Assembly: GCA_025786725.1 (NCBI GenBank)
Contig: JAHLTZ010000006.1
Span: 558,001-622,000 of the forward strand
DNA length: 64,000 nucleotides
From: Syncephalis fuscata S228
Lineage: Eukaryota; Fungi; Zoopagomycota
Direction of reading: 5' to 3'
Positions 37,073-50,219 of the stretch are shown here, piece by piece. A program made the position numbers and the translations under genes. Below the pieces are notes generated by a model, which saw only the letters and a program-made list of their open reading frames with translations, ran no database searches and was not told the origin of the DNA. Every line of letters begins with the position of its first letter. Positions within the stretch are counted from its first letter, which is position 1.

Positions 37073-40000
37073 ATGGATTCTACTGACTACAGTAATGACA
37101 ACAACTGGTTCTTGGCGTTATTACACGAATGTCAACACTTACTGGACCATTACTACAATATTTCTATAAACCACGACTATGACCTATTTACATGGCCGTT
37201 ATTAATGATTATGGGACTTGGTTTTATTTCTAGTATCTTATGGCTAAGGGTGAGCCGTTCAAGGTGATTGCCGTAGTTGCTACTATAAAGCTACTATTAA
37301 CAAAGTGGTTAATATTATCTAGACCTGTGAGGTGGACTAAAGAACAAGTAGACGCATCCAGCAGTTTAATAGAATACGTTGATCGTTTGGCCGATTCTGG
37401 TCGTGCTAACCAGCCTATTCTATCACCCAATTTACTTAATGAAGTATGATGTAGCCTGGATGATTAGGTAAAAACTAATAACTGTAACTATAATAGAATA
37501 TTGAGGTTAAATTGAATGATCGTAATGAACAATTTATTGTTAAACGGGCACGGGAATACAGTTGGTTGAAACGGTAATTTAAATATTCGGTTAATATTGG
37601 CTATTAATTTAATATATTAATAATATTCATATGGTAGTGTTTATTATATATTGTATGATCGAGGATGGCGTGGTCTATTTCCCGGCTATCGACGTACTTT
37701 ATCTTTACCGTAAGTTTAATGGATTGTGTCATTAATATATACTTAATTGTTATAATAGCGATGAAGATGATTATCAAAATACGCTTAATAAGGCCACAGC
37801 ACCGTGGTCAGTCTATTTATATTTGAGCAAAGATGATGATATGCTAGAGGACGAGGTGAGCTAGTTATGGCAAATGGTACAACGTTACTAATGTTTAATT
37901 ACGGTTAGACTACTGTATCAAGAGCGTTTAATCGCTATTTACACCAACTGCCAATGAATTGTAAATCTCCCACTAGTTCGGTAATAATAGAATGTTGTTA
38001 CTTGTTTATTAATTTGTATTACTAATTTTGATATTTAGTTTAAATTAGCACTTTATTTTACACGCATGTGCGGCTATCTGATATCTCAAAAAGTACCATT
38101 ATTACCTTTTGGTATTAATTGGGAAGAGCCACAACTAGTCAAGGTAAGTAATAGCTGGAGTGCAGTGATATATTAATACTAATGTATACAAAACTATAGC
38201 TTTTATGTGATATGGGACAACTCTTGCCGGCCGATCAATATGTTGTACAAGTTGATATGGCTCGACCAGTTGCCATCAATACACTTACACTTCGAGTAAA
38301 AATTGATTGTAAGTAGATCAATGGTAAAGAAGGATATTAAAGCTAAAGCAATCTATAGTTCCTGTTCGCAAAGCCATTGAAAAGGCGCGACTTCAATATG
38401 ACCAGGCCAAAGTAAATACACTAAAACGATTGAAAAAGGCAAAGAAACGGGCCTTTGAAGTATGGGGCTCATTAGATGGTAGGATTAGAATAGTTGATAT
38501 AATGCTACTGTGTCACTAATGTACGTATATTAGATGGATTCGAATCTTTCAGTATTAATGATGAAGATCGGGACTGTAAGTTGATTCATGACTATAATCA
38601 CAAGTACTACACGATTAAATCAAATACTGAATAGTAAAGCAATTATTGGTTGAAGAAGAACAAGTGCAGCGTTATAGAAACAATCGGAATATTACAGTGG
38701 CGTGTATAGACTATTTAAAAACTATACCGCATATGACAATTCAAGTAAGTCTAAACTCTACTCCACTGACCAATGGCATCTAATATGACAACAACTATAG
38801 GAAGCATTGACTGATGCACGAATTGTTGTGATTAATGCATTTGCTAAACGAGTTCAAGTCAAGAAGGACAAAGACAATTGTACAACAGTTTTACGCCGTC
38901 TTTTATTAGCTATTAAACTTGGTTTGGTAAATAATATGATATCTATTATGATATAGATTTTAAATACTATGCATTTTAGACGACCAGTACTTTGGATTTG
39001 AATCCAGGATTTGAGTCATTTGCTACTAAGAATCATTTACACCGGTATTTATTTGTACAGCGACATGAATTATCCACGAATGAATCAGGTACTATTATTA
39101 TTCTACGCGATGGTGTACCTCGTTTATGGCCAGTAAGTGTTTAATACTTGTATTTAATCTGATAACTAATATTACATATTAATAATATCTGCTAATCAAT
39201 CTAGGAAATACGAGATGGCATTAGTGTAGATCCACAGACTGGTGTCATGCAGGGCCAGTACAATTACCAAGGACTGATTGATCGTGGTGTTTATGAATGG
39301 GAGGCATTGACACCATTCTATATCGAGCCTGTATGTCCACCACCATGGGGTGATCGCTATTTGTTCGAATTCTGTTCGTGGATTGTCGATCGGCCACGTA
39401 TGATGGGCGACCATACTTATATGCGATTAAAGACACCACAAGGTGAATGGTATTCAGTTGGACAGTATCGCCCACAAAAGGTAACTATCAATCTATTGGC
39501 ATCAATTGGATGTAAATGATTAATTAGCTAAATTTAGATGGGATTCCATGAGCAATTTGTATTTCCTATGAAGATTAAGACATCGAAATTTATGGCAAGT
39601 CGATACCGTTTTTTAGTTATTTATATAATAATAACAATATATATATATGTGTATGTATTTTATATATATACTATAAATAGAGTCCAGATGTAAGCGAGTA
39701 TTGGAATGGACCATTTACTGCTTTATCGGTAGAAATTACACAAGAACAATTTGAACAAATGAAAATGAAGATTGAGCACGATCAAATGAATGGTGATCAT
39801 ACTTATCAAGTAAGACGGTTGCTATTAAATATTCAATAATTAACATAGCCAATATAAATAACAATAACAATAATAATAGTTATTCCATGGTAATTGTACC
39901 AAATATGTCAAGTCAATTTCGACAATTGCCGGCCTTAATCTACCATCATCCATTCCTATTCTTGAAATACTTCTATCATCACAAAAGTTAAAGAGTACTG

Positions 40001-40720
40001 GCAGAAAGGTAAATATTAAAACTATAACATTGTGTTGAATCTAATCACACAAATAACCTAGGCATTAAACTGGAAATATTTGCCCAAATGGATTAAACCA
40101 TTTTTAAAGCGGTGCTGGGCTTTAACTTTTAATTTATTTGGACTGGTATTTGGCAGTGGCATGATAGATAACGAGGTAATTAAAGCTATAGCATTATATT
40201 ATGATATAGACTAATGGAAATAGCTTAAAAATGAACCAAAATTCAGAGGCATCCGACCATTTATTGGCGATGTTTATGATCTAACCAATCCAGATAAGGT
40301 AAATAGTTTACATACAATAGTATGAATTCGACATTAATTAATTATGGTAATCATTAGACAATTGCCGATCATCCATTTATTGTAGGCCATTATGTAATTA
40401 AAGTTGTTGAAAAGTGGCGAAGTGAACGCACACTTGAGTTGACTGCCGAGTTACAAGCCCTTCAAAAGACATTGACTAAATTAGAGAATAATAGCCGAGT
40501 AACACGGTCAAAAACATCAAGAAAGACGCAATTAACTGTGTTAAATGCGAGAATAGCCAAGATTGAACAACAATTGGATGGTATACCTTATGCTGTACCT
40601 GATCGATTCCTCCAATCGCCACAGCCACTACCATCAGAAGATAAAGAGCTGGGTGAATCAGATAATTCAAATGAATATTTGGATGATCCTCATGATCGGA
40701 TATGGCAAGAAGTACAATAA
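37073..40720 (+). CDS. Intron-rich membrane-anchored protein with a putative permuted papain-like (NlpC/P60-type) catalytic domain and a C-terminal coiled coil
   Basis: N-terminal TM helix. Many short exons. Spliced core GDHTYMRLKTPQGEWYSVGQY...SPDVSE...ITQEQFEQM...YQ|LFHGNCTKYV. One -1 frameshift near 37258. Confidence 0.7.
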
Positions 40721-40764
40721 TAATACTAATAACAATATGACGGTATTCGTTATTTATCACAGTA

Positions 40765-42836
40765 GTTATTATTATAAATAACAATAATTTGTTAAAATCT
40801 TAATAAAAATATATTTTTATTTTTATAATAAAGTATTCACAAATGTTTTATTGATCGCCGTAAATATTCATATCATCATATTGTGTAATAGGCCATTCTT
40901 GCCACGGAGTACACACGGCCTCTAGACCACGTCCACTAAGTAAACCACGTGCGGCCCGTTCATACTCCCAGCGAATACCGGCTATGGTCCAGCGTCTTGC
41001 CGATACAGCTGTGTTGCGTTCAAGCACAAATGGATCCTCTACACAAAGCGCATGCGACTTATCGCCATCACCAGGCCCATAATCGCGCCATCCTTTTGCT
41101 TCACGATCAATCGTTGTACCTTGTCGTACAGAAACACATTCCGTTTCATAGTTAAATTCGAATGCATAGTAGCGGAAAAACTCCACAAGTAGTTTTGCAG
41201 CACTCATAGGATTGGGTGATTTTTCGGCAAGTGTTTTTTCATAAAAATACGTATTATAACCATCGACCATAACCACATCGGGCATTAATTTCCCGCAAGC
41301 CAAGCAAACACGATTGCTTATATTTTGAGGGTTTGGATTTGTCATTCTAGGAGCCATTATTTTGGTAAGGAATTTGCCACAGCAAATACGCTGAAGTGGT
41401 GGAACAACACGCATACGCTGTAGATAAGCTATCATCATAAGCACATGTGTATATGAGTTAATTATGTTGCCATTCAGGGCTGCTTCACTAATCACTCGTC
41501 GGCTTGCCCAGTATTTAATAGCCATAATAAGGGGGCGTACCCGTGGATCGGCCTTTGTATAAGCATGAAACAGTGCTGTATTACGTATAGCCACCTGGTT
41601 AGCTAAGGCAATATCAATTGGCTGATTGCTAAGACAGCTAATGCGTTAATACTATTAAAACTATCTATCTGTCTAATAACTTACTCGGGTGGATGTTCAA
41701 ATTTAATAACAGGAATACGGGCTTGTGAAATACTAGTAACGTTTAGCATATTGTCTAAATGCGAATCAGTAAATGTATCGTAATTGTTTAATTACTTACT
41801 TTTACGTAAAACTGCCACAATTTCATTCATGATATCAACGATCGGCCCCTTTTCTCTATTCTTTGTTGCGTTCTTATCTTTTGTCTCTAGTACTGCTTTA
41901 ATTTCATCAGAAGTGATACTAAGATCTATGTCACTTGTTGCACTACACAGTCCGTTGATTGAAGAACTGCTCGATGATTATCGTATAGATAAATTAGAAA
42001 ATGCATTAAATGTTTAAATATACATGTCAATTACCCAAACAAATTTACTTCTAAATTTTCCAATGTTGTCGTTTTTAATATGGCTTGTAGGTTTTTGACA
42101 CAATTTGATTGCTTCTGGTACGTTTCTTGACAAAGTTAGCTTCTAATGGGCTTTTAAGTAATTAGTAGTACTACTGATCATATTATCATTACCCTGTTGA
42201 GCTTATTTATATCACGATGGATGCTTTTTCTACTCGAATGGTATCTTCATCTTGCGTGCTTGCTTTGCTGTTACTGCTGCATCAGGTGTATATAGTATTG
42301 CATCGGGATCTTCCGGCAATTCTTCTATAAACAAATCAATAATTATTAAACCATCAATTACTGAATCTTAAAACTATGTACCTTTTGCGTTAGGATCCAA
42401 CTTTCCTATTTTAATTGTTCAAGATAATCGGCATCTGGATGACAATAAAGTGGCTTAAGCATTGTCAATGGTGGTGGCAATGGCTTTGGATTGACGTCAT
42501 CATCCGCTGTTTTATTTTGCTTAGTATCCACTGGTACTGAGTAAATCTCAAAGAATGGTTTCCATTGCTCTTTGCGCAACCAACGGCTTAGTCCAGTACT
42601 TGGTACAAGTGAACGCGTTTCGGGTTCATGACGAATTCGACGACTAAGCACTGATAGCTCTCGGTTAGAGGCATCACTCTCAATCAGCTTAATGACGAGC
42701 AACAAAAGCTTAGCGTCCTTTTCCCATCTTATTCGAAGTGTTGCTCGTCTTTCTACGGCGTTCTTCACGTCAAGTGGTTTAGGAAACCGAGGTGGCATAT
42801 CGGAGTTAATGAAAAGAAAGCAGTATGTGGGTCGTT
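40765..42836. repeat. Right arm of ~2.07 kb inverted duplication
   Basis: Reverse complement of 29862..31937. Confidence 0.97.
40848..42798 (-). CDS. Cid1/TENT-family nucleotidyltransferase, copy 2 (about five -1 deletions between 42100 and 42410)
   Basis: Near-identical to copy 1. Substitutions include P>T (PLPML/PLTML), V>A (MVIK/MAIK) and synonymous changes. Confidence 0.88.
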
Positions 42837-43001
42837 GGTTTTAGTTAGTCTAGTTCTTTGCAACTTCGCTGTCTTTCTCCAGTTTTCGCTTTACTTCCAA
42901 TTTACACACACACAAATACGCACAAAGCATCTCTTCTTTATTCTTCCATAATATGTAACACAACTACTACACCATATACTTAAATTGCTCTAGTCTCTAA
43001 T

Positions 43002-44916
43002 ATGACTACATCTTACCAAGCAAAAAGTGCTATTACTACCATTACTAGCTTATTTTCACTAATTAATAGATTACGATACACTTTAAGTCGATATCCTCTC
43101 GCACTTTTTGGTCTATTGATAATTCTAGTTTTCTTTGGATATCGAATTCGACCATCAATCGATCTACCATCTAACGAAAGTTTCTATCCATCTCCATTTA
43201 ATCTGCCTGATTATGCAGCGGTATCGTTGCGCTATGTAAAAGTATGCGATAAATTTGATTATTGCCATTCATTAGCAGCCGGTATTCATTCAATCAAAGA
43301 AATTAAACGAAAATATAATAGTACAGAAAGTCTGTATGGTATTCATTGGATACACGTACCAATGGGTGCACATCTTCATTTATTGGACGAACAACATGAA
43401 CTGGTACGCATACTAGCGTCGGGTAACCATGAATGTTTACAAAGTAATGGCCGGTCTGTTTGTGAAGAACCGGCAACGTATTTTGCTGTTCATGGTAAGT
43501 GGCAATTATTGCATAAATGGAATTAAATTAATAATTTTAATAGAAAATTTATTATATTTATTGGATGATTTAAAGAAGTGTATTCACGGTAAGTAATAAT
43601 CAATAGTTGTTATTAATAAGTTAGTTAATTTAATTGATTGATTGATTGATTAGATGAACAACCGTGTAGTTATCCGGTTATTGAAATACAGCCATCCATT
43701 AACACACATAAAAAACTGCTTGAAAAGTATATTCAAGAAATGCCGCATCCGTTAATTAAATATGATCCACTTGCCAATGAGGTACAATCAGGACATGGTA
43801 ATGGTCATTATTTGATTGAAAATCAAAAAATACTACAACAACAAAGAGAAACAGAAGAAGCGGATGCCACACTGGATGTTACATTAGTATCACAATTTTC
43901 AGTTAATCGGTTAGATAGATTTGAAGATGCTATTAGAGCATGGTCTGGTCCTATTGCCGCCACAATGTATGTAATAACAATATATCTGTATTAATACGGT
44001 TATTAACAATTATAATGGTAGCTATTTAATGGAATCAAAAGACTTGGACATCTTAATAGACTATTTCCAAATTTATGCTCATCAAGAACTTTATTATCAA
44101 GTTGAATTGGCCATTGTTCTACCAGATACTGGAGAACGTGATCGGTACCGCTATCCGATTAATCAACTAAGAAATATAGCCACTCGTTTAGTGAGAACCA
44201 GTCATCATTTAATGATTGATGCCGATTTTGTTCCTAATCATGCCTTATATCATGATGTTATTCGGAAACAACTTTATTCAGTCTGGCAGCAAGGTATGGC
44301 TCAAGATAATGCAACCTATTCCGTGTCGAATTTATTACAGGCTAGTGAGTGGTCGCATATAGCATTGGTAGTACCGTGTGTGGCTATCGTTGAATCCTAT
44401 ACGGGTCGTTACCCGGAGACACTTGAACAGCTACAAGAGCTATTTCATGCAGAACAAGCGTATATTACCGATGTTAACGCCGGTCATGGACCAACACTAA
44501 CTGAGGTGTTTTTACGTAAAGCATGGATAGCTTCATCAACAGCACCGTGGTACGAAGTGTGCTACGAATCACAATGGGAGCCTTATTACATTCTACCCCG
44601 TACAGCACCCGCTTGGGATGAGCGGTTTCGTAATCAAGGTGGTGACAAGCAACAGCATGCTTTACTGTTAAATGCTCTTAATTATAGATTTCTTGTATTA
44701 CGCGATGTTTATCTTTATCATCGAGATCACGCTCGTCTTACTTGGCCTGGTGGCGGTTTGGCCCGCGAGGATACACAGCCGGTATTTAACTACTTTGATG
44801 GTTGGTCATCAGAAATGATTAGTCAATTTGGCTGGTCAGTTAAATGGCCACGTGGATGTGCACAAGCCATGGTAATGGAACAGTTTAGACCATTAGAAGG
44901 CATTGGACTCGGTTAA
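43002..44916 (+). CDS. GT49 glycosyltransferase (LARGE/B4GAT1-like), type II membrane protein
   Basis: N-terminal TM helix. Motifs DVTLVSQFSVNRL...WSGPI, YPINQLRNIA, DxD in IDADFVP, WEPYYI and WDERF. Three introns. Confidence 0.88.
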
Positions 44917-44982
44917 AGCCGTATTTATTATTATTATTATGTGCATTATAGCATTGACAAGTCTTGATAAGATGAATCATGC

Positions 44983-47826
44983 TTATAGCTTGGCAGTCTG
45001 TTTTTCATCATTAGTCTGTGGTCGTTTCAATAATGGGCGAATCGACTCCTAGCAAACAATATGACATTATAGTTTTGTGCAATCAGTATAGCGATTAAAT
45101 AAATAGCTTTTATAATTACCGCGTAGCCAAATGGAATAGGTTCTTTTAGTGATCGAGGCGTGCCATCACGCATAGCATTCACTGGTGGTGCGCTAATGGC
45201 CTTGTCCCATAGTGCACGATAAACTTTACCATCTCGACGTCCCAATGCACTATCAAGTACATAATCGGGAAAGTCGAAGGCATCAACTAACCGAACTGAT
45301 TCTGGCAACAATCCAGCTAGAGTATCGGTTAGTTGTTCTCTTAATAAACAAACTTGACTTGGCGTCATGGATCCATCTTCTAAAAAATCGCCCAAATGTG
45401 CCTCTACTGTATTCAAAAAAAACTACAATATCAATGGTATTAATAACTGTGTTTGATACTGCAATTAATAAATTAATTACCAGGTCTGAAAGTTGCTTCA
45501 TTAGAGGAGCTAATGAAGATTGGGCTTTAGTTAAAGTGACTACTTGCTCGTAAAGCATACGGGCAAGATAGCACTGTCCATGGGCAACCGATAAACGCCA
45601 GCACGTAACATTCAATGATGACCAGTCTACCTGGCCTTGTTGTTGCTGCTTTAACAAAGATTGAGCCAATTCAACTGTAAGACGAATAGCTCGTCGAGCC
45701 ATCATTTGATATTGGTTATTGGCGTCTAGCCATTGCTTCTTTTCAGTTACATCACACTGTGAAGTAAGCAACGTATCCATGTGTTTAAAATAATTTGCCG
45801 AGTTAGGCAGCGAATGCGATGGCTGGGTTTGCTGCTGTTGCAATACTTTTAGTAAAAATCGAGCTAGATTATAGTATAATCAAGCTATCATTTAGCTTGT
45901 ATTATTATCATTATTATTTAATTACCAGTTTGTTGTGTAATTAGAAAATTGTCACCTTCAACCGTGTTGGTAGATATAAAGTGGCCATACATTATACCAA
46001 AGCCTGAGAATGCCGAATAGCCATGTCCTAGATTAATATAATCAATAGTGTAAATTAATTAATTAATGTAAATACTTGTAAAGATTCTTACCACCAAGAG
46101 AACGACGAGCAGTTTCTATTCCATCTGCGGCCATTTTAGTACACAAGCTTTTTAAACAGCAGCTTAGAGCATGAGCTTCTGGTAATAGATGTACGTCATT
46201 ATTTACAAGATCCTTGTTGAGCTGTACAAATAGCTCGTTCAACTGATTTGTACCGGCAATGATGGCGTGTGATTGAGCAATTAAAGGAATTAAACGACTG
46301 TTAACCATTGGATAGTGCAATACAGGCACTTCTTCATTATCTTTATTAACAAACTGTCTTCTTACTGTACTGTAACGAATGGCAATGGTCGATGCTCTGC
46401 AAAATGTTAATATTGATAGTATTAATTCGTCTCTTACTTACCGAGCCAATGCCCAGCCTGACTCCTGAGCCAATGAAATGCGTAGTAGCATCATACCGGC
46501 ATATCCCACCTAATTTAATTTTTAGTTCATTATTCAGCTATACTATTTGAGTAGTGGCTAATTACCTTGGCATGTGGTGGTTTTACATAGACGCCATCTC
46601 TTCTCACTTGAGCAAATCGAGCCAACATATAAGCGCGAGGAATACGGTGTTGATTAAAGTGTATAAATCCATTATTAACAAAATTTGTTCCGCCAAATGC
46701 TTTAGGTCCGATATTACCCAGCTATAATCAAATACTAGTCAATAACTTTAACTTGCGGTAATTATGGCCTATTACTTACAGTAATGCTAGATGCTAGTGG
46801 TTTATGGTCGTCTATTATAATATAGTTTGTTAATGTTATATCGCCATTTAGCTACGGCATCATTTACCTAGTGATCTAATCGGCACCATAAACATATGTG
46901 GTCCATAGTCTTTTCCTTTAATAATAAGACGTGCTTGTAGTATAGTATGTGTGGCAATAGCTCCTAATCCACCAATCCACCATTTAGATCCCTAATCATT
47001 TATTATAACCATTGTGTATTTTACTATTTTATCAAAAATACCGTAAATCCATTAGAGTTAATTTCAAATTCATCTGTTTCCTCTACAAATGTAGCTGTGG
47101 TCTCTAGTCTACTTAAATCACTTCCGTGTCCTAATTCAGTCTGTGCATAGCTGCCAATAATACGCCAGTTTTCAGCATCTTTCAGCCAAAGCTTCTGTTG
47201 TTCTGGTGTGCATTGAAGGCGTAAAAGTGGAATAATCACTGTGTTATCAATTGTTAGTTAATTAACCAAATCAATCATTAAAATAATAAAATACATACAT
47301 GTTTGATGTAATGTAATCTAATATGAATAAGTTAGTAGCATAACTAATACATTTAAACAACTTACAGGTAAAAATTCATCTAATAGAACAAACGCTAATT
47401 CCAATTCTTTATCAGTCCATTGATATTGATCCCGTATTTCAATGATACGACGTGACCAAGCCAGCCCGGTTGCCACTTGCTAGATACAGTAGATACACAT
47501 GCTTAGTAAATATACTTGTGGTTTGAATGGTATTTTACATACCTCTTCCAAAGAGCGATAATAGCTACGCATAATATAGTTGTTAATAAAGACTATTTTG
47601 ACATCTATCTTTAATCATACCGCGGTGCTTTGCTGAACAGAGGCTCTGCTTCAAGCACTGATAGAATACGGTCGCGTAATAGACGTTCCTCATGGCTGCC
47701 ATACAAGTAATTAGCTAGTTGGTTAACGTCACAAGTGCCTTGGGCGCGTGCATTTGCAATGTCCAACGCATTTTGGTTTGCAACAGCTGATGGAAAGCGG
47801 TCTGGAAGTGATTTCAAGTCAGTCAT
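44983..47826 (-). CDS. ACOX: Peroxisomal acyl-CoA oxidase, intron-rich
   Basis: [29 protein letters not shown]|HGYS and [21 protein letters not shown]. The spliced last exon ends ...KQTAKL*, a PTS1 signal. Confidence 0.95.
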
Positions 47827-48147
47827 GGTAATATTAAGCAAATTGACAATGGAAAGATACACTGTTAATGACAATGACAACAATGACGGTCAATAAATAG
47901 ACTTGTGAATAGAATTGGTGCCAGGATAATATGGGGTAGTTTCGGCCAATATTTACCGAAGTACCACCATAGAAGGTAAAGTTTAATGCCGTGCGCGTTT
48001 TTATCGAATGTTGTATTGTTCCTAGAAATCATTGCAAATTTTAATAAAATGTGTAAATTTCATATCATTGGCTCAATTATTTGAATGCGATAATAAGATG
48101 GTATATCTTTTTACTTTGTTTAACATAATCAATCACACAGCATCATT

Positions 48148-48637
48148 ATTAAACTTCACCCCATCAGTACATAGCATTAAAATACTCAAACTATAGTTGC
48201 TCAAATAAACGAAACAAATTGTTAATTAAACACATGCGATTGCTCATCAACTCTACGTTATAATAGCTTATTATTGCCTTTATCAGTATTCTTGTTATCA
48301 ATACTGCGTTCTAATGTTAATGATAATCAATACAACTTCTATAAGGCTTTCATAAAAATATTGCGTAAATATACTATATTATTCATAGTGATATGGACAT
48401 ATCAAAATGTATTTAATTTTGTATTAATAAGCCATACAATGAGCAAGTACAAGTATTTGTAGAATTTTAGTCTAGACTATAGTTTGGCTGCATGGAAGAA
48501 ACACGCTCTGAGAACGACACGATATTAGCACGGATCAATACTAATTCCGGGCGGTATCTTCTGCATGGCATTATAATTACAGAGTGCCAGAAACTATACA
48601 ACACGCACCAATTAAATTCACTATTTTTTCTGTGACG
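48148..48637. repeat. Direct repeat A, copy 1 (~490 bp, non-coding)
   Basis: Near-identical to 53232..53721. Confidence 0.95.
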
Positions 48638-48858
48638 CTTTGTAACAATATAAGAGCACATTTGCAGCTCTTTATATCTAAACAATTAAACCAAGCTTTA
48701 AAAATCTGTTCAAAACTATTATAGATGCAAAATCTTCAATTTCTTATCTAAGGCTACTTTAAAATTTTATTATTGTTGCTAATTCCATGTAGATGTTAGG
48801 TGCCAACAACTAATCCTGAATGCCAAGACATAGGTGACACAATCTATCAAAAGGGCAC

Positions 48859-49670
48859 ATGCCTGTTTATACCGTGCTATAGTTGTATGAAGAAAGCAAT
48901 GAATACTCCAAACTAGGAGGAAAACAGGCGTGTAATTGTTTCAACTGAATATTGCCTTACGCATGTCATAGTTATTGAATAAATGATAGCATGATGTTCA
49001 GCGCATCGAGTACAATGAAGCCAAATTATTAATTATTTTTTTACAATAATCCTATTACAAAAGCTGACAATCCAAATCATCTTATTGTTGGTATTAAGCA
49101 ACAACCTTTAATTGCTGTCGTTATTGCTTGTACATTTACGAGTAGTATACGAGTTACTATCAGGATTTTAATTCAGCGACCTCGTATTAGTCCTGGCTGG
49201 CTTTGTATAATTCCGCCTTTTCTTGAATTACTTAAGCTATACTCACAATTTCAGGGTTGCTTTTTGAAGACATTGGCAGTCGAATAGTTGTTTGGTAGTT
49301 TGTGTTTGGTCTTACTGCATTTACTGTTGGTAATAGCACAATTATGCTACAAAGAGCCTATTAGGTACTGCTTCATAGATGGTGGATTTTAATAGTTGGT
49401 GGATTGTTTATATTGTCTCAAATATTGATGTTTATTGTCATTTGGATGTTGTATTCTATTGTTTTGAATATAGACCGCAGATGTATCTTCTACTACCCAT
49501 ACTATCTTCCATGGATTTGAATGGCTGTTGGGGCACTCAGTCATATTATGTTTTCATCTTTTTTTGCATACTGCATATCAACAATATAAAGCATTTGGAT
49601 TTAATGTGTGAAAACGATTGGCTTGCAATGGAATCCAAGCAATGTGCTTGGTAATATTACATAAATAAGG
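48859..49670 (+). pseudogene. Degenerate paralog of the 7TM-like gene family
   Basis: Fragments such as QRAY*VLLHRWWILIVGG, FYYPYYLPWIWMA and AYQQYKAFGFNV*KRLACNG align with the 50380 protein. Contains stops and frameshifts. Confidence 0.8.
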
Positions 49671-50219
49671 TGTGGTATAGTTATAGTGTAAAGTGTATTA
49701 ATAATAAAATAAAATATTAACATTTAAATTAATTCATATAACCAAACTTGGAAACAAATCCTAACTGTTTCATTAAGCCAGTATTCAGCCATCTTCTACG
49801 AATGAACTATTGTTAAAATATCTAATATATTAAATTTAGGCTTTCAGTTTCATGGCTGCTAAATGCGTTTTTATTCATATATCTAACATGCATTTTACCA
49901 CATGTCACCTCCTTGTAACTTTTTTCGGATTTAATAAAACTCTGTGCTACAAGATGCAGCATGGAAGTCGTTGTGTGGAAAGTAACGGGTATTTCCACTA
50001 ACTTCTTATCTTTCATGTTATTCGTAAATAAGCACACGGTTCAGATGGCGTGCACGTGTTTGGTGGTCTGTAAGGTAGTTTTGACTATACAAACGATGCT
50101 ATTTAATTGAGGCAGACTCAATAAACAAGTAGTTGATGTAACATTATTTCGCCTTAGCATGCATATTTTTTGGTACAAGTATTTGACGCAACTAAAGGGT
50201 TTTTTACAAGTTGCTCTCC

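Noticed and set aside
29862-42836. Composite transposon or large TIR element
   Set aside because: The arms encode an intron-containing host enzyme, not a transposase, and I saw no target-site duplication at the outer ends.
48274-48462. 62-aa ORF repeated identically at 53358..53546
   Set aside because: TTG start and AT-rich composition; the identity simply reflects direct repeat A.
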